Shown here in pieces: positions 49,580 through 62,349 of a stretch of DNA of 64,000 bases. The notes below the pieces were generated by a model. It did no database searches, was not told the origin of the DNA, and was given only the letters and a program-made list of their open reading frames with translations. How positions within the stretch are numbered: position 1 is the stretch's first letter; the number at the start of each line of letters is the position of its first letter. This stretch comes from Vicugna vicugna (Eukaryota), in assembly GCA_013265495.1 (NCBI GenBank), contig MU062839.1, forward strand, positions 8,904,210 through 8,968,209. The letters are read 5' to 3'. The position numbers were made by a program, and so were the translations under genes.

Positions 49580-50260
49580 TATAACAGACTGTATTTTCTA
49601 AAAATAGCCTTAGTAATAGTTTCCATTCTACATTCACTTCCAGAACTTTGTCATTTTCCATCTCCAGACTCCAAGTGTGGAGTCTACTTCCCTTTGCTTG
49701 AACCTATGTAGGACTTCATAACTGCCTCAATGAATAGAATATGGTGGAAATCACCGCATGACTTTTGAAACTAGGTCATAAAAAGCAATGCAGCTTCTCT
49801 CTCTCTCTCTCTCTCTGTCTTTCTCCTCTCTTTCTCTCTCTCTCTGCTTGCCCTTGAAACCCAAGCATCATAATGGAGGAAGCCCAGACCACATGACAGA
49901 ACAGTGTTAGGTGTTCTTGCCTACATCTTCAGTTGAGCATTTAGCTGCTTGCCATTGTCAGTTGTGACACGCAAGTTAGTGAGACTTTAGGACAGGACTC
50001 AGCAAACATTTTCTTAAAGAGACAAAAGGTAAATATTTAAACCATTCAGTTCATGGACCATACAAAAACTGGCAGGGTTTGGCCTGGTAGGCTGTAGTTT
50101 GCCCTCCTTTAGATGATTTCTGTCCTCACACTGCAGCTAAAAGTGAGTGGAGCAGAGACAGACTGTTCCCACTGAGCAGTGCCCAAATTGCAAATCCATG
50201 AACAAAACAAATGCGTTGCTTGAAGCCATTAAATTTGGGGCCATGGTAACAATGGATAGA
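49580..50260 (+). mobile_element. MLT1G-type MaLR LTR interrupted by MER58
   Basis: cagactgtattttctaaaaatagcc...gtggagtctacttccc...gaaactaggtcataaaaagcaatgcagcttc, (CT)n, gcagtgcccaaattgcaaatccatgaac. Confidence 0.8.
49993..50106. mobile_element. Internally deleted MER58A-type hAT-Charlie MITE
   Basis: caggactcagcaaacattttcttaaag...gtaaatattt and tacaaaaactggc...tttggcc...gctgtagtttgcc; 8-bp TSD ctttagga/ctttagat (6/8). Confidence 0.75.
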
Positions 50261-50879
50261 CCCATTGATCTATCTTTCTATTCTTGCTATTATGAGATGC
50301 ATCATGGGTCTGGAAATGTTCCAAACTTTTGATAGCAGCTTCCATCAGAAGAATAAAAAAGCTAAACAACCACATCAATGTATGTGTATATATTATTTCT
50401 TATTTTAACATATATTATTATCATAATAATATTTAAGAATGTTAGAGTTCTATCTTTTTTTGTTCTCTTACAATTGCCTAATTCTTTAAAGTCATTTATT
50501 TTATGAATGTTAATTTAGTTGAAACTAGATTATATTGTGTCACTCTACTTATATGAATAAATGTTAAATTACTGGGCATTGCAGTAACCTGGGGACAAAT
50601 AAATACCTGAGGATACCACTGCTAACTTCTCCACCTCAAGGAACCCCCCCCATCTTCCCTCAGGAGACCTTGAGACCCCCATGTAATATATGGATTGGGC
50701 AAGTGTGCAAGTGTCAATCTGTTTATTAACTGTTTATTAAGTATTAGGACTTAATTTGTTTTTTAGATAAAATATAGAAATTGTAATTGTATTTTATGTA
50801 CCCTAAAAAATCATTGTCTTAACCCTAACTTGTACACATATTTATGAGGCTCATGTGCTCCCCTCTTTGAAAACAAACT

Positions 50880-51092
50880 GGGGTAGTGAGAAGAATATAT
50901 GGGTTTTAGAAATTCACACCAGAGTGCGAATCCTTGCTTCAGATCTTACCTGCTGTGTGACCTTGGAAGAATTACTCAATCTCTCTGAATTCAGCTTTTG
51001 CCATCTGAAAAATGGCAATAATACTATGTACCTTCCAGGATTGTTGCATACTGTATGTGAAAGTGCTTAGCATTTAGTAGGCATTCAATAAG
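50880..51092 (+). mobile_element. MIR SINE
   Basis: gctgtgtgaccttggaagaattactcaatctctctgaattcagcttttgccatctgaaaaatgg...attcaataa. Confidence 0.8.
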
Positions 51093-51419
51093 TACCCCTT
51101 CCAATGTGGGTAGCTGGCCTCCTTGGGTATTCCTGAGGACCCATGCTAAAAAATATGTTTTTTTTTAAAAGATAAAATCACGACTGTCAAATAAATTTAA
51201 AATGAGCATGGGTCAAAGATTTACTTAATTCATTAGTTAATGAGGGGGCCAGTTAGATGTTACACGTGTTCAAAGGAGATTTGAAGAACACATATATATA
51301 TAGGCAGATAAAGATGCTGAAATGAATTTACAAATAAATGTTAAACTGGCCAATGTTTACAGGCAATATCAACTGCATCTCTATAGGGCATAACTTGTAT
51401 TTTTATGGGCAAAAACCAG

Positions 51420-51730
51420 GCAGTCTGCTGGGCCTCACCTGGGTATGTCCTTCCTGTGCTTGGCCTAGAAATTCTTTTAAGTCAGGAAGTTACAGGTAGT
51501 TGTAGGGCTCATGTCATTTGTTTTTTGTCTCTCAGAAATCACTGTCCTTCATTGCCTGATTTCCAGTGTCTTGAGAACTGTTGGTTTGATATATTTTGTC
51601 TGTTTTATTGTCATTTTTGTTGTTGTTGGTGGTGGTGGTGTGTGTGCATCTGTGCACGTGTCTTTATTATTTGTGTCTGGCAGGAGAGTAAACCTACTTC
51701 CTGTACTCCATCTTACCTGGAAGTGAAATG
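51420..51730 (-). mobile_element. Ancient L1M 5'-end fragment
   Basis: gtagggctcatgtcatttgtttt...tcactgtccttcattgcctgatttccagtgtcttgagaactgttg...tactccatcttacctggaagtg; same motif type as 58140-58380. Confidence 0.55.
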
Positions 51731-52764
51731 CTGCTTCATTCACTCTGAATGCTGTAGTGTTCCCTTGTGCGACTGTCCACAGGCTGGCCACTGGCTCTCC
51801 TATCCATAGGTACCTAGGTTTGAATCCAAGTTTCCTACTGTCAGAAGCGTACATGTGCATGTACGTTGCTGTACATGCCTCCTGGTATATTTGTGGAAGG
51901 CTTTCCCCTGACTTAGAGACCCAGTAGTTCTCACAGATTTGGAGCCCTGGTTTTGGGTGCAAGGTCTAGAGCCAGGAACTTGACCTGTGGATATTCTGCA
52001 GAAAACCTCTCATCTTCTCTGGAGCAGCCTTTCCAGCCAGAGCTGCATCCCACACGAAGGGCTTTTAACTAACTCTCCTGCTGAGAGACTAACTGTTCTG
52101 GTAATTGAGGTATCTTCCACCAGCGAAATCTGGAAAAGTCTCTTCTCTCCTTCATCCCTCTCTGCCCAGGGAATCTTGGGAGTCTCCTCCAAAGTCTCTG
52201 GGATTGCTTTTCTCTTCCAGATGCAGGATGCGAACTACTCATAATACAGCTTTACCACACACAGAGGCTTCCTGCTCAGCCTTGCCTGTCTGAGTTCTTC
52301 CTCTGACTCTTCCAGACATGGAGGGCAAGGGTGAGCCAGGGAGCTTTGGGATCAGAAATTTAGCCTCAGATTTTGTCTGGCACTCTGGGTTGAAATCTGA
52401 CACATGGGCAATAAGCTAACCTTGTGTGGGTTCACTATTTCTAAATGTTCAAGAACAAATAATACCAACAATCATTTAATTTTGGCTTTCATCTTCCTGT
52501 TCATATCTTTCTTGTTTACTTAAGCACATAGCCTGCTGACAGCTGGCAGGCTCACAAACAGAAAATGAAGATGGACTAGCTCTGATTGCCCCAGGGTTAC
52601 CTCCTTCATGAAGTCCTATAAGGAAGTCCTAGCTGTCCCTAGCTGGCCTTTGCTGGAAAACAGTTAGAAAATCTTTCACACTAGCTAACACCTAGTACCA
52701 ACTATGCTCTCTCTCACCGAATCTCAGTTCACCCTTTTCCACCCACAAATGATTTCAAGTATAG

Positions 52765-52955
52765 GATAGTGATGGCAAGCCTGAGTTTTACTACTTACCA
52801 GCTATGTGACCTTCAGCAATCTTTAAACTTTTTCCCATCCATAGAATGGTATATTAATTATTCTTATCTCATAGTAATTTTTGGAAGGATTAAATGAGAT
52901 AGATCCTGTAAGCACTTGGTAGACTAGTGCAATGTTTTAAGCACTTAGTAATGAT
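52765..52955 (+). mobile_element. MIR SINE
   Basis: ctacttaccagctatgtgaccttcagcaa...ggaaggattaaatgagatag. Confidence 0.75.
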
Positions 52956-52960
52956 TAAAT

Positions 52961-53208
52961 TGGTGATTCTCAACCGGGATTGATTTTTGCTCCCAGGTGA
53001 CCTTTGACAATGTCTAAAAACAAAACATTTTAAGTTGTCACATCTTGGGGAGGAGATGCTACTGGCAACTAGTTGGTAGAGTCCAGTGTCCTACTAAACA
53101 TCCTACAATGCACAGGACAGTCCTCCCTCTGGAAAAAAAAAAAAGAAAAAAGGAAAAAAAAGAATCATCCCGTCCAAATGTCAATAGTGCTGATTTTGAG
53201 AAACCCTG
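52961..53208. mobile_element. MER20 hAT-Charlie MITE with internal A-rich expansion
   Basis: ttctcaaccggg...gacaatgtct...gatgctactggca...ctaaacatcctacaatgcacaggacag...caaatgtcaatagtgctga...gagaaaccctg; A-rich tract 53133-53161. Confidence 0.9.
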
Positions 53209-53724
53209 GGTTAGCTGTACACATATTATTATTCCTGTGGACATAATATCTCTTTAGTGTAGATTGCTTCATGAAGACCTAGAACTCTAGATATGGGAGA
53301 GATACGAGAAATCAAATCAGATCATCAGGTAAGCATGTTACCAGACTAACTGGGTATTCATGGATGTGGGATCAACTTGTTAATCTGTTGATCATGATTT
53401 CCTTGTTATCCTATGACATATAATCAGCTTACCATGTAAGAAAGAAGAGTCTAGGCCACCATGTACACATTAGCTCCCTTTATTCCTTTGATCTTAGAAG
53501 ATAAACTGCTGAGTTCTGAGGCTTCACTTTTTTTTAATGAATTGTGGTTATAATTTTTTCCCTTGAAAAAGCAATGTTCTACAGACTCATTATTTAAAGA
53601 ATCACAACTTACCACTCTTCCTGATCTGCCAGGAGTCTAATTTCATTCAGAGTTAGACCAGACTCCATAGTTGGTTCAGCATAGTGAGGCTCATAAATAA
53701 CCCCTTGAAAGCTTTGTAATCAGT

Positions 53725-53990
53725 TCAATTCATTGAGCATCATCGATTTGCCCAAACTATGCTGGCTGCTGGATAGTAATGGATAAGATGACGATATGAC
53801 CCCAGTCTAGTGGGGAAGTTGGGGACTGTACAATTAGTTACCAGTGTGGTAAGTGGGAATAATAACATGGAGATTTAATGGAGTCCTAGAGGTGCAGGAA
53901 TACTTGCTGAGGAAGTGACATTTATTCTTTTCACATGAAGGGTGAGTCAGGTAGGAGCCTATGGAGATTGGAGTTGAGGAAAGAATTGAA
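53725..53990 (-). mobile_element. L2 fragment (degenerate)
   Basis: caattcattgagcatc...cagtctagtggggaag...gctgaggaagtgacattt. Confidence 0.5.
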
Positions 53991-54630
53991 AGACATATGA
54001 TTAGGGGGTGTACTTGTTATAATTGTTCTTAATTTAGAGTTTGCCACATGGTTGTATAGTTTAGAGCACAGAAGAGAAAACCCACTCATACACATGTCCA
54101 GCTTTGTCCAAGTTTAGATAACATTTTAAGTTCAATGAAAAATCATTATACTATTAGCTCTTTCCAGAAAAGAATTTTACAACCTAGCAACATAAGAACT
54201 AATTACGCACTCTTCTTCTGTCTTTCAAAGTCCTCAAATGTTAAATGTCTTACATCTTCCTTCTAATGGGTTCCTTGATTTGCTTATTTTGTTTAGCATA
54301 AATTAGAGCTAGCACAATCCCATTTTTAATAGCTCTCTTTCAAAGTCTGTTAATATGCCAGTTGGTATGAAACGCCCTAAATGTCCTCCCTCGTGGGTAA
54401 GACCCATCTGTCAAGATCTACAAAACAATATTTCCTCCTTATGGGAGACATTGATGTGGAGCTGAGTGCCCTGCCAAGGAGAACTCTGCTAAAACCGCAT
54501 GCTAATACACCAATGCTCTGTAATCTCATCTTTCAGAATTTTCAGAAAAACAAAGATCCTGTAGACCCACAATTAGGAATAAAGAGCAGTTCTTCCTAGT
54601 CTGACATAGAGGTAAGGTTTGCCATGAGTG

Positions 54631-54762
54631 CAGGGTTGGCAAATTTAACAAATACAAATACAAGACAAGTAAAAACTAAGTTATTTTTAATATAAATAAT
54701 TCCTATACATAGAACATACTTATACTAAAACAAAGCCAAAAACACTTATTATTTATCTGAAA
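54631..54762. mobile_element. MER53 hAT MITE (partial)
   Basis: cagggttggcaaatttaacaaatacaaatacaag...acatacttatactaaaa...ttatttatctgaaa. Confidence 0.75.
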
Positions 54763-54819
54763 GTCTTTACTTGAAAAACATTGTGAAATGTTAGAAAAGT
54801 TTTCATTCATGTATTCACA

Positions 54820-55085
54820 TTTGAGTCATTGCTCAACTGTCATTATCTTAGTGATGCCTCCCTGACCACCCTATTTAAAATTGGCTGATCTGTAATCTCT
54901 TTCTTGCCTTTTTTCCCTCCATAATACATCAAATCATTTGTGTTTTGCTTACTGGCTATCTTTCCCCACCCAAGAATGTAAGTTCCTTAAAGGCATGAAT
55001 TTTGATCTGTTTTATTCACTACAGTATCCTCAGGACCTAGAACAGAACCTGACATATTGTAGGTACTCAGTAAATAGCTGTTGAA
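54820..55085 (+). mobile_element. L2a-type 3' end
   Basis: cctccctgaccaccctatttaaaatt...agaatgtaagttcc...gacctagaacagaacctgacatattgtaggtactcagtaaatagctgttgaa. Confidence 0.85.
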
Positions 55086-55129
55086 ATCATTTGTTCGTTC
55101 ATTCATTCATTCATTCATTTGTAAATGGC

Positions 55130-55360
55130 TGTTGTTAAAAGAAGAGACTCTAGAGACCCACTGATTTGAATTTCAATTCTGGCTCTAGAATATATCTGAT
55201 ATCTGTGGTGTCAGGTGAGTTGTATCACTTTCTGTACCCCAGTTTTCTCTTCTGGAAAGTGAATATTAGAATGGTACCTCTTGGCTGGATGTGCTAAGAA
55301 AAAGTCGGTGCCTGTAAAGGCCCTCGCATGGTGCCTGGAACACTGTAAGCATTTAATAAA
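55130..55360 (+). mobile_element. MIR SINE (degenerate)
   Basis: gatttgaatttcaattctggctct...ccccagttttctcttctggaaagtg...gcatttaataaatgg. Confidence 0.65.
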
Positions 55361-55369
55361 TGGAACTAT

Positions 55370-56120
55370 TACCCATTTAACAAATATTTGTTGAACATCC
55401 TTTCTATCTCTCAAAATGTTCTGGGTGTTGGGAGGATCACAGTGAGCAACACATGGTCTTTGACTGCAAAGTCGTATGACAACCTAAAGAGGAAATAAGC
55501 AGGAAATTGTCATAAATCATAACGAATGCTGTAGCAGTGATAGCAAAATGATGTATGGGAGCATTAGGAGGGCACCTGACCCAGAGTTGGGTGGGGGGGA
55601 GGAGTCAGAAAAGGTTTCATGGAATAATTGTTACCTGTTTTAAAATAATATGTGTAGTTAACCAGAGCAGATGAGATGGGGATGGGTAAGATAGAGAAAG
55701 TGGTCCAAGAAGAAGGAGCAGTGGGTATCAGAGTCCAGAGGAGAGACCAAGCACTTGACTTATGTGTAGGGGAAGGGCAGGCAGGTCAGTGTGGCTGGAT
55801 CACAGAGAAAAGCATGAGGAAGGGGAGAGACGATGAGCCTGGAGATCAACAGGTCAGATCATGAAGTGTCTTACAGCTTGTCAAGGAATTCAGACTCTAA
55901 CCTGGGCAAAGAAGGGCCATTGAGGCCAAGATTTACATTTTACAAAGATCCCTGCAACTGGGGTACAAAGACTGGATTTGGGGGATTAAAGGTAGAAGGA
56001 AGACAGTAAGGAGGTTTGGGTAGTGATCAGTTACAACAGGATGGGGACCTGAAAGTTCCTGAGGATGGGAAGCAGTGACTTCAGTGATAATTAGAATGTA
56101 GAGTAAAGAGAATTTGAGGA
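55370..56120 (-). mobile_element. L2 fragment
   Basis: tttaacaaatatttgttgaacatcc...gggcacctgacccagag...aggtcagatcatgaag...atttacattttacaaagatccct. Confidence 0.7.
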
Positions 56121-56149
56121 TTGGTTGTCTCATTGGATCTTACAGTAAC

Positions 56150-58380
56150 TTTGTAAGGATCTCTGTTTTCTATGGATATTTTTCCTTGTGATGTCATTGT
56201 CTGATTTTGGTATCAGTGTAACACTGACCTCATAGATAAGTTGAGAAATAGTCTATCATCTTGTATTTGCTGGAGAATTGGCGTTATTTCTCCTTTAAAC
56301 ATTTGGTAGAATTCATCTGGGCTTGGGGTTTTCTTTGTGGGAAGGATCTTAACTACCAATTTAATTTCTTTAGTAGATCTAGATTACTCATTTTATCTAA
56401 TTCCTTTTTGAGTGAGCTTTGGTAGGTTTTTTTCAAACAATTTGTCCATTTTAGCTACATTGTCAAGTTTATTTGTATAATGATGTTCTTGATTTTCCCT
56501 TATTATCACTTTAATATCTTTAGAATATTGTCACTTTTCTCACTCCTGGTATTGATATGTCTTTTTTCTTTGTTTCATGATCAGTGTACCTAGAAGTTAT
56601 CAGCTTTATTAATCTTCTCAAAGAACCAGTTTTTTGTTTCATTGATTCTCTCTGCTGTTTTCCTGTGTTCCAGTCAATTGATTTCCACTTCCATTGTAAT
56701 TATTTCCTTTGTTCTGATTACTTTTATTTAATTTGCTCTTCTTTTTCTAATTTCATAAAGTAGAAGCTGAAGCAATTGATGTGAGACTTTTTCTCTGCAA
56801 GTACTGCTTCAGCTGCTTCCCGCAAATTCTGATACATTGTGATTTCATTCAGTTGAAGAAACTTTGTAAATTCTCTTTTAATTTATTTTGACTCATGGGT
56901 TACTAGAAATGTGTTATTTGATTTATAAATGTTTGATGATTTTTCTGATAAGTTTCTGTTATTTATTTCTAATGTAATTTCATTGTGATCAGAGAAAAAG
57001 TTTTGTATAACAAATATTTTAAATTTATTAACATGTTTTATGTCTCAGATTATGGTCTATATTGCCAAATGTTTATGTACACTGAAAAAGAATGCATATT
57101 CTGCTGTTGTTGGGTGGAGGGTTCCACAGTTGTTAGGGCAAGTTGCTGGATAGTTTTGTTCAGTCTTTTTATATGCTTGTTAATTTTGTATCTAATTTTT
57201 CTATTTGGTACTGAGAGTGTGGTATTGACAGCTTAAGCTAATATTGTTGAATTGTCCATTTCTGCCTTCAGTTCTGTCATTTTTTTGCTTCCTGTAATTT
57301 TAGGGCTTATTGTTAGGTGCATCTATGTATAAATTGTTTTATCTTCCTGATGAACTGTCCTTTTTATCGTTATAAAACATCTCTCTTTGTTTCTAGCAAT
57401 TTTTATGTTTTATACTTTATTTTTTCCTGATATTAATATAGTCACTCCAGTCACTGCACTGGAATATCTAAAACACAGTTATAACTTTTAATGTTCTTGC
57501 CTGCTGTTTCTAAAATCTGTGCTAGTTTCCTGTCAGTTTCTATTGATTGATTATCTTCTTCAACATAGGTTGTATTTTTTGGCTTCTTTGCATACCTGCT
57601 AATTTTTATTATAAATCATGCATTATATATGTACATTATATATAATATATATAATTATGCATTATAAATTTTATCTTGCTGGGTGGGGAATGTTTTTGTA
57701 TTCTTATGAATAATCTTGAGCATACTTCTTGGATACAGTTAAGTTAACTTGGAAACAGCTTGATCCTTTCAGGTCTTTCTTTTATGATTTGTTAAGCAGG
57801 TCCAGAGCAATGCTCAGTCTAAGTATCCCCCATTGCTGAGGAAAGAGTTTTCTGAGCACTCAAACAATGCCCCTTGAATTATAGAATCTCTAGTCTGGTT
57901 AGTGGGAGCAGGCACTATTCTCAGCCTTGTGTGAGACCTGAGCACCATTACCTCTTACTCTTTCGAATAGTTCTTTCCCTAGTGTCAGATACTTTCCTCA
58001 CATGTATGCACTGACCTATACTCTAGTTGAATGCTCAACTCTCTGCACATCTCTGGGATTCTTCGTGCAGCTCTCTCATTTGCAGCACTCTGTTCTGCCA
58101 ACAATATTCTCCTTGGATTCTCAGCATTATCTCCTCAAATCAGGGGGTCCATTGGACTCTTCTTGGGTTACATCTTTCCTGTGCCATCATCTAGAAGCTT
58201 TCTCAATGCAGTGGCAGTGATAGGACTCGCCTCTGAGGGAATGCTGTCCATTGTTGCCTGATGTCCCCTGCCTTAAAAACCATTGTTTCATATATTTTGT
58301 CTTTTTTGTAGGAGAGGGAGTTTCAGAAAAGGGGAAAATCTGGCCCCCCAATTATTCCATCTTGGCTAGAAGTAAAAGTC
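56150..58380 (-). mobile_element. Ancient L1M element (decayed ORF2 fragment about 56150-57430; 5' region about 57480-58380)
   Basis: Antisense ORF2-type text tgtctgattttggtatcagtgtaacactgacctcatag and gaatgcatattctgctgttgttgggtggag; 5'-type text ccattgtttcatatattttgtc...ttccatcttggctagaagtaaaagtc; no long ORF. Confidence 0.8.
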
Positions 58381-58499
58381 CTTTCTATATTATTTTAAAT
58401 CTGAAAAATTAAATTATTTTACTCATACTTTAGTATATAGTAAAAGATAAGAATACTTTAAAAAATGTACAACCACAATAGTATTATCTCATCTTTTCA

Positions 58500-58870
58500 A
58501 AACTGGTAATTTTTAAATGTACACTGTTCAATTGTCTCATAAATGTTACTTTATTAACCATTTGTTTGCCTGAATGAAGATCCAAATAAGGTCCACACCT
58601 TGGTTTTGGTTGGTATATATGTTAAATCTCTTTTAATCTATTATAAGTAACCCTTAGATCTTGCTCTTCTCTCCCCGCATGTCATTATCTTTTCGTTTCT
58701 GTTTTTTAAGGAGTCTTTGCTTTGTAGAGTTTTCTGCAGTTGTGATTTTGCTGACTGCACCCCCATATTTCTCTGTCCTTTATTTCCTACAAATTATTAA
58801 TAGATCCAGATGCTTTATCAGGTCCAGGATCCATGTCATTTTTAAATGTGCTTTATTAGCTGTTCATACT
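58500..58870 (-). mobile_element. L1MC4/L1ME-type 3' end
   Basis: gatccaaataaggtccacaccttggttttggttggt...tctcttttaatcta...gattttgctgactgcaccc. Confidence 0.55.
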
Positions 58871-60044
58871 TGAGCTAATTTTCATTAAATTCCGGAGAAA
58901 GCCACAGAAAGGAACATGGTGTTGTGAATCTTTTTTTTTTTTTTCAATTTACCACGTCTAACCTTGGATCATTCTGTCATTCCTAAAATGAGAAATTGGA
59001 ATCAGTGAAAAGGTTAATATAGGGAAAGAGGTAACCCAGAAAATTTAAAAATACACTGAGCTAAAATTCTGAACTGAATGTCCTAGAAAGGACATAGCAA
59101 GGAAAACTGGAGATGGCTGAATTGAGGCTGGTCTGTGAATTTAATTTCAGATTTTATTATCCTAATTTACACATTCATAAAAATGAAATAGGTCATTATC
59201 AAGTGCTTAGTTTTCAGTATAAGCCATAAAAATGTGTACACATATAATAGAGAGCCTGAGTTATAGTTAAGACTTTCATTCCCATCTCCAGTGATTTGGT
59301 ACCTATAAGGTAAGACTGGTGAAAAATGCTTATTAGTCTTATTTCTTCCTCCCTTTCTCCTTTTCTTTCTTCCTTTCTTCCTTTCTTCACTCACCCACTC
59401 ATTCCTTTTAATAATTAGTCAGTAATTTAGTCATACATTCATTCATGAATGAAGGTGGCAGACACAGGGCATACACTGATGCATAGAAAGAGGGCCTTCT
59501 CCTTGAAGGCCTCAGTCTCTGGGGAAGATGGGTAAAAAACGCAACCCACTGTGTGTTGTAAAAGAGGGTTATAAAAAATTGTTGTGGGAGTCCAAAGAAT
59601 GAAGTGACTTTATCTACCATGCAAACTCAAGAAAGATGATCTTTTCTGTTTTCTGAATTTTACTACCAAAAGCATATATAACTTTTGATTGTTTCATAAA
59701 AGAGAAAAATTTAAAAATCTGTTTGCAATAGATGCTTTCAAAGTTACTTTCTAGTTCTAAGATTTTTTGAGATTCTGAGCTCTGAGATCTCTGATGGACT
59801 CTGTTGGTCAGGGTGACAGTGTCAGCCCAAGGGTGTAAATATTTGCAGGAATGGTTGTGATTCAGGGTAATTAAGAAATGGAAAGACAAGAAAAAGGTCA
59901 CAAAAGTCAGGGATGAGATGCAAAGAGAGCATTAGCCAGACCTTAAAACGCCATCAGTGAAGCAGATTGGGCTCCAGGAGACACCAAATCCTGGGGCATA
60001 AATACGAGATTCATCATCTGTATATGTCTCTGAGATCAAAGTCT

Positions 60045-60255
60045 ATAGCTAATATTTATTGAGCACTTACTATATGCCATGTACTCTTTTAAATGTTTTC
60101 ATTTATTAAATCTTTACAAAAACCCTATGGGGTAGATTTTATTATTAGTCCTATTTAACAGGTAAGGAAACTGAGGCACAGGGAGGTTAGTTGAATCATA
60201 ACTAGTGTGTGGCAGAATTGAGATTTGAACATCTGATGCAGAGGCTACTCTTTTA
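60045..60255 (-). mobile_element. MIR SINE
   Basis: atttattgagcacttactatatgcc...ggtaaggaaactgaggcacagggaggttag. Confidence 0.85.
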
Positions 60256-60264
60256 TGAATATAT

Positions 60265-60703
60265 GAAAGAGGACAAGTCCTAGGGACTTCAGTCAGCAAG
60301 TTGGAGACCCAGGAGAGTTGATAGTGAAGTTCTGGATCTGAAGGCCTGAGAACCAAGAGAGCTGATGGTATAAGCTTCCGGTCTGAAGGTTGGTAGGCTT
60401 GAGACCCAGGAAGGGCTGATGTTTCAGTTTGAATCTGAAGGCAGGAAAAGAAGTGGTGTCCCAGCTCAAGGCAGTCAGGCAGGAGGAGTTCCCTTTTATT
60501 CAGCATTTTTGTTTTCTTCAGACCTTCTACTGATTGGATGAGGCCCACCTGCATTAGGGATGGTAATCTGCTCTACTCAGTCTACCAATTTAAATGTTAA
60601 TCTCATCCAGAAACACCCTCACAGACACACCCAGAGTAATGTTTCACCAAATATATGGCATCACATGGTCCAGTCAAGTTGACACATAAAACTAACCATC
60701 ACA
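60265..60703 (-). mobile_element. MLT2B-type ERVL LTR
   Basis: ggagacccagga...gaaggcctgagaacca...gattggatgaggcccacc...aaatgttaatctcatccagaaacaccctcacagacacaccc...cagtcaagttgacacataaaactaaccatcaca. Confidence 0.9.
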
Positions 60704-61102
60704 GTAGACACAGAATCTTCCACTGTCACTGGTATTCAGTCATGTCCCTCTGTAGTCATTGACCTAAAGTGTTACCTTCTGCAGAATTTATAACTCTGGA
60801 TTTATTGTAGTGACAAAGGGGGTATAATTTATGAAGCCCATAACCCTACCAGCCACTTCTTAGCCCTCAATGGGCCCATGTCCTCTAGGTGAGCTGACTA
60901 TGGTCCTTACCAAAGGGTTCACTATATAAGTTATAGCATCACATTATAGGTTTTATAATTAATTTTGAAGTTGTCATTCCAGAAGTCACAGAAGTCATGA
61001 TTTCATAATTTGTGAGATGATAGTGGCAACATATTTCCTCTTAAATTCAGTAATATAAAGAGATGAAAGTTTTAGCCTGTGGAGGGTATATGTGAATGGG
61101 CA

Positions 61103-61104
<2 letters not shown>

Positions 61105-61140
<36 letters not shown>
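61105..61140. repeat. (TG)18 microsatellite
   Basis: Read directly. Confidence 0.95.
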
Positions 61141-61142
<2 letters not shown>

Positions 61143-62349
61143 CATGATTGGGCTTTCAACTAGCATTTTAGTTTCAGAACATAAACTGACCTAAGCTGTT
61201 CCAAAATCCAAAAGGATAAGGATGGGGAGAAGGAATCTCTGTACACTTGAAATAAACTCACTAAGTGACATCAGGCTGATGACTACCCCCTGAACTGTCA
61301 AGTCCAAGTGATGCAATCACTTGGATAATAAATTGCAAAACAAACCTATAATTCAAGCAAAGACAGGATTTCTAAGTGGTGACCAAAAAAAATGCAGCTT
61401 TGGAATGCTTTGACAAAAGAGAACCTGTTATTTTTTCTTTTAAGTTAATAATTATAGAAGAGAACAGGATAGAAGCTCCAAAAGAGAACTGTCTGGATAT
61501 CAAAGGATTAAGAGAGACCTTTGAGAGAACTGACACTCCCAATGTTTCTGCAAAAATGAACTTCTTAATGATCGTGCTGAGAAAGTAGAATATAACTCAA
61601 GCAGCCATAAAGAAAAATTATACCTCTCCCTCAAAAATAAATAAATAAATAATGTCACAATTGATTAATTCTTTGTTCTAAAAATTAGTAGCTACAGTTG
61701 TAAGATAAAATTTTCTGAATATAATAAACTTACTTTTTATAGCATTTAGGTGTTTGTTTTGGTTCCCATTTTAGGTAGATTAGATTTAACTGGAATTTCT
61801 TTTCCTTCACCATCTGATCTTTGGATAACAAATTTCTTTCTATTGGCCATGCCACAATGAAGACTACACTTGAATGTTACAGTGACTATGGTGATAAGTT
61901 ACTGGAAGTTAACTGTTTGATCCTATCTTTAGGCTTAAGAGGTAGCAGTGTCTATTTTCTCTACATCCTCTGGCATCATATTTTCTTCTTTGTGTATTTC
62001 ATATATTCTCTGATGTATTATGGACTTTCCTCCGTAGCTTGTATTCTTTGGTTGTCCATTCCTAGATAAGAATAAGTCAAAAGGAAGGCTGGTAAGGGCT
62101 CTGTGTGTAGGATGACAGACCATTTTAGGGTAAGATGGTTTGGATCAGGTCTTTGTGCTATGAGCCCCTCTTTTCTAGTCTGGAGCTTCTTGGGTCCTAC
62201 CCTTACCTTCTTCTAAATGTACGTGTCCTAGTTATAGTTCTTCTCTGCTGAGGCAACACAGCCTGCATCTGGAATAAAAATGCTATGTGGCTTTATTTTT
62301 CTTCTGATCTTGCCTCCTCATGCTATTATCTCTTTCATACTGAGTTCTA

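Noticed and set aside
60114-60554. 146-aa ORF
   Set aside because: Spans an MLT2B LTR and a MIR; typical repeat-derived chance ORF
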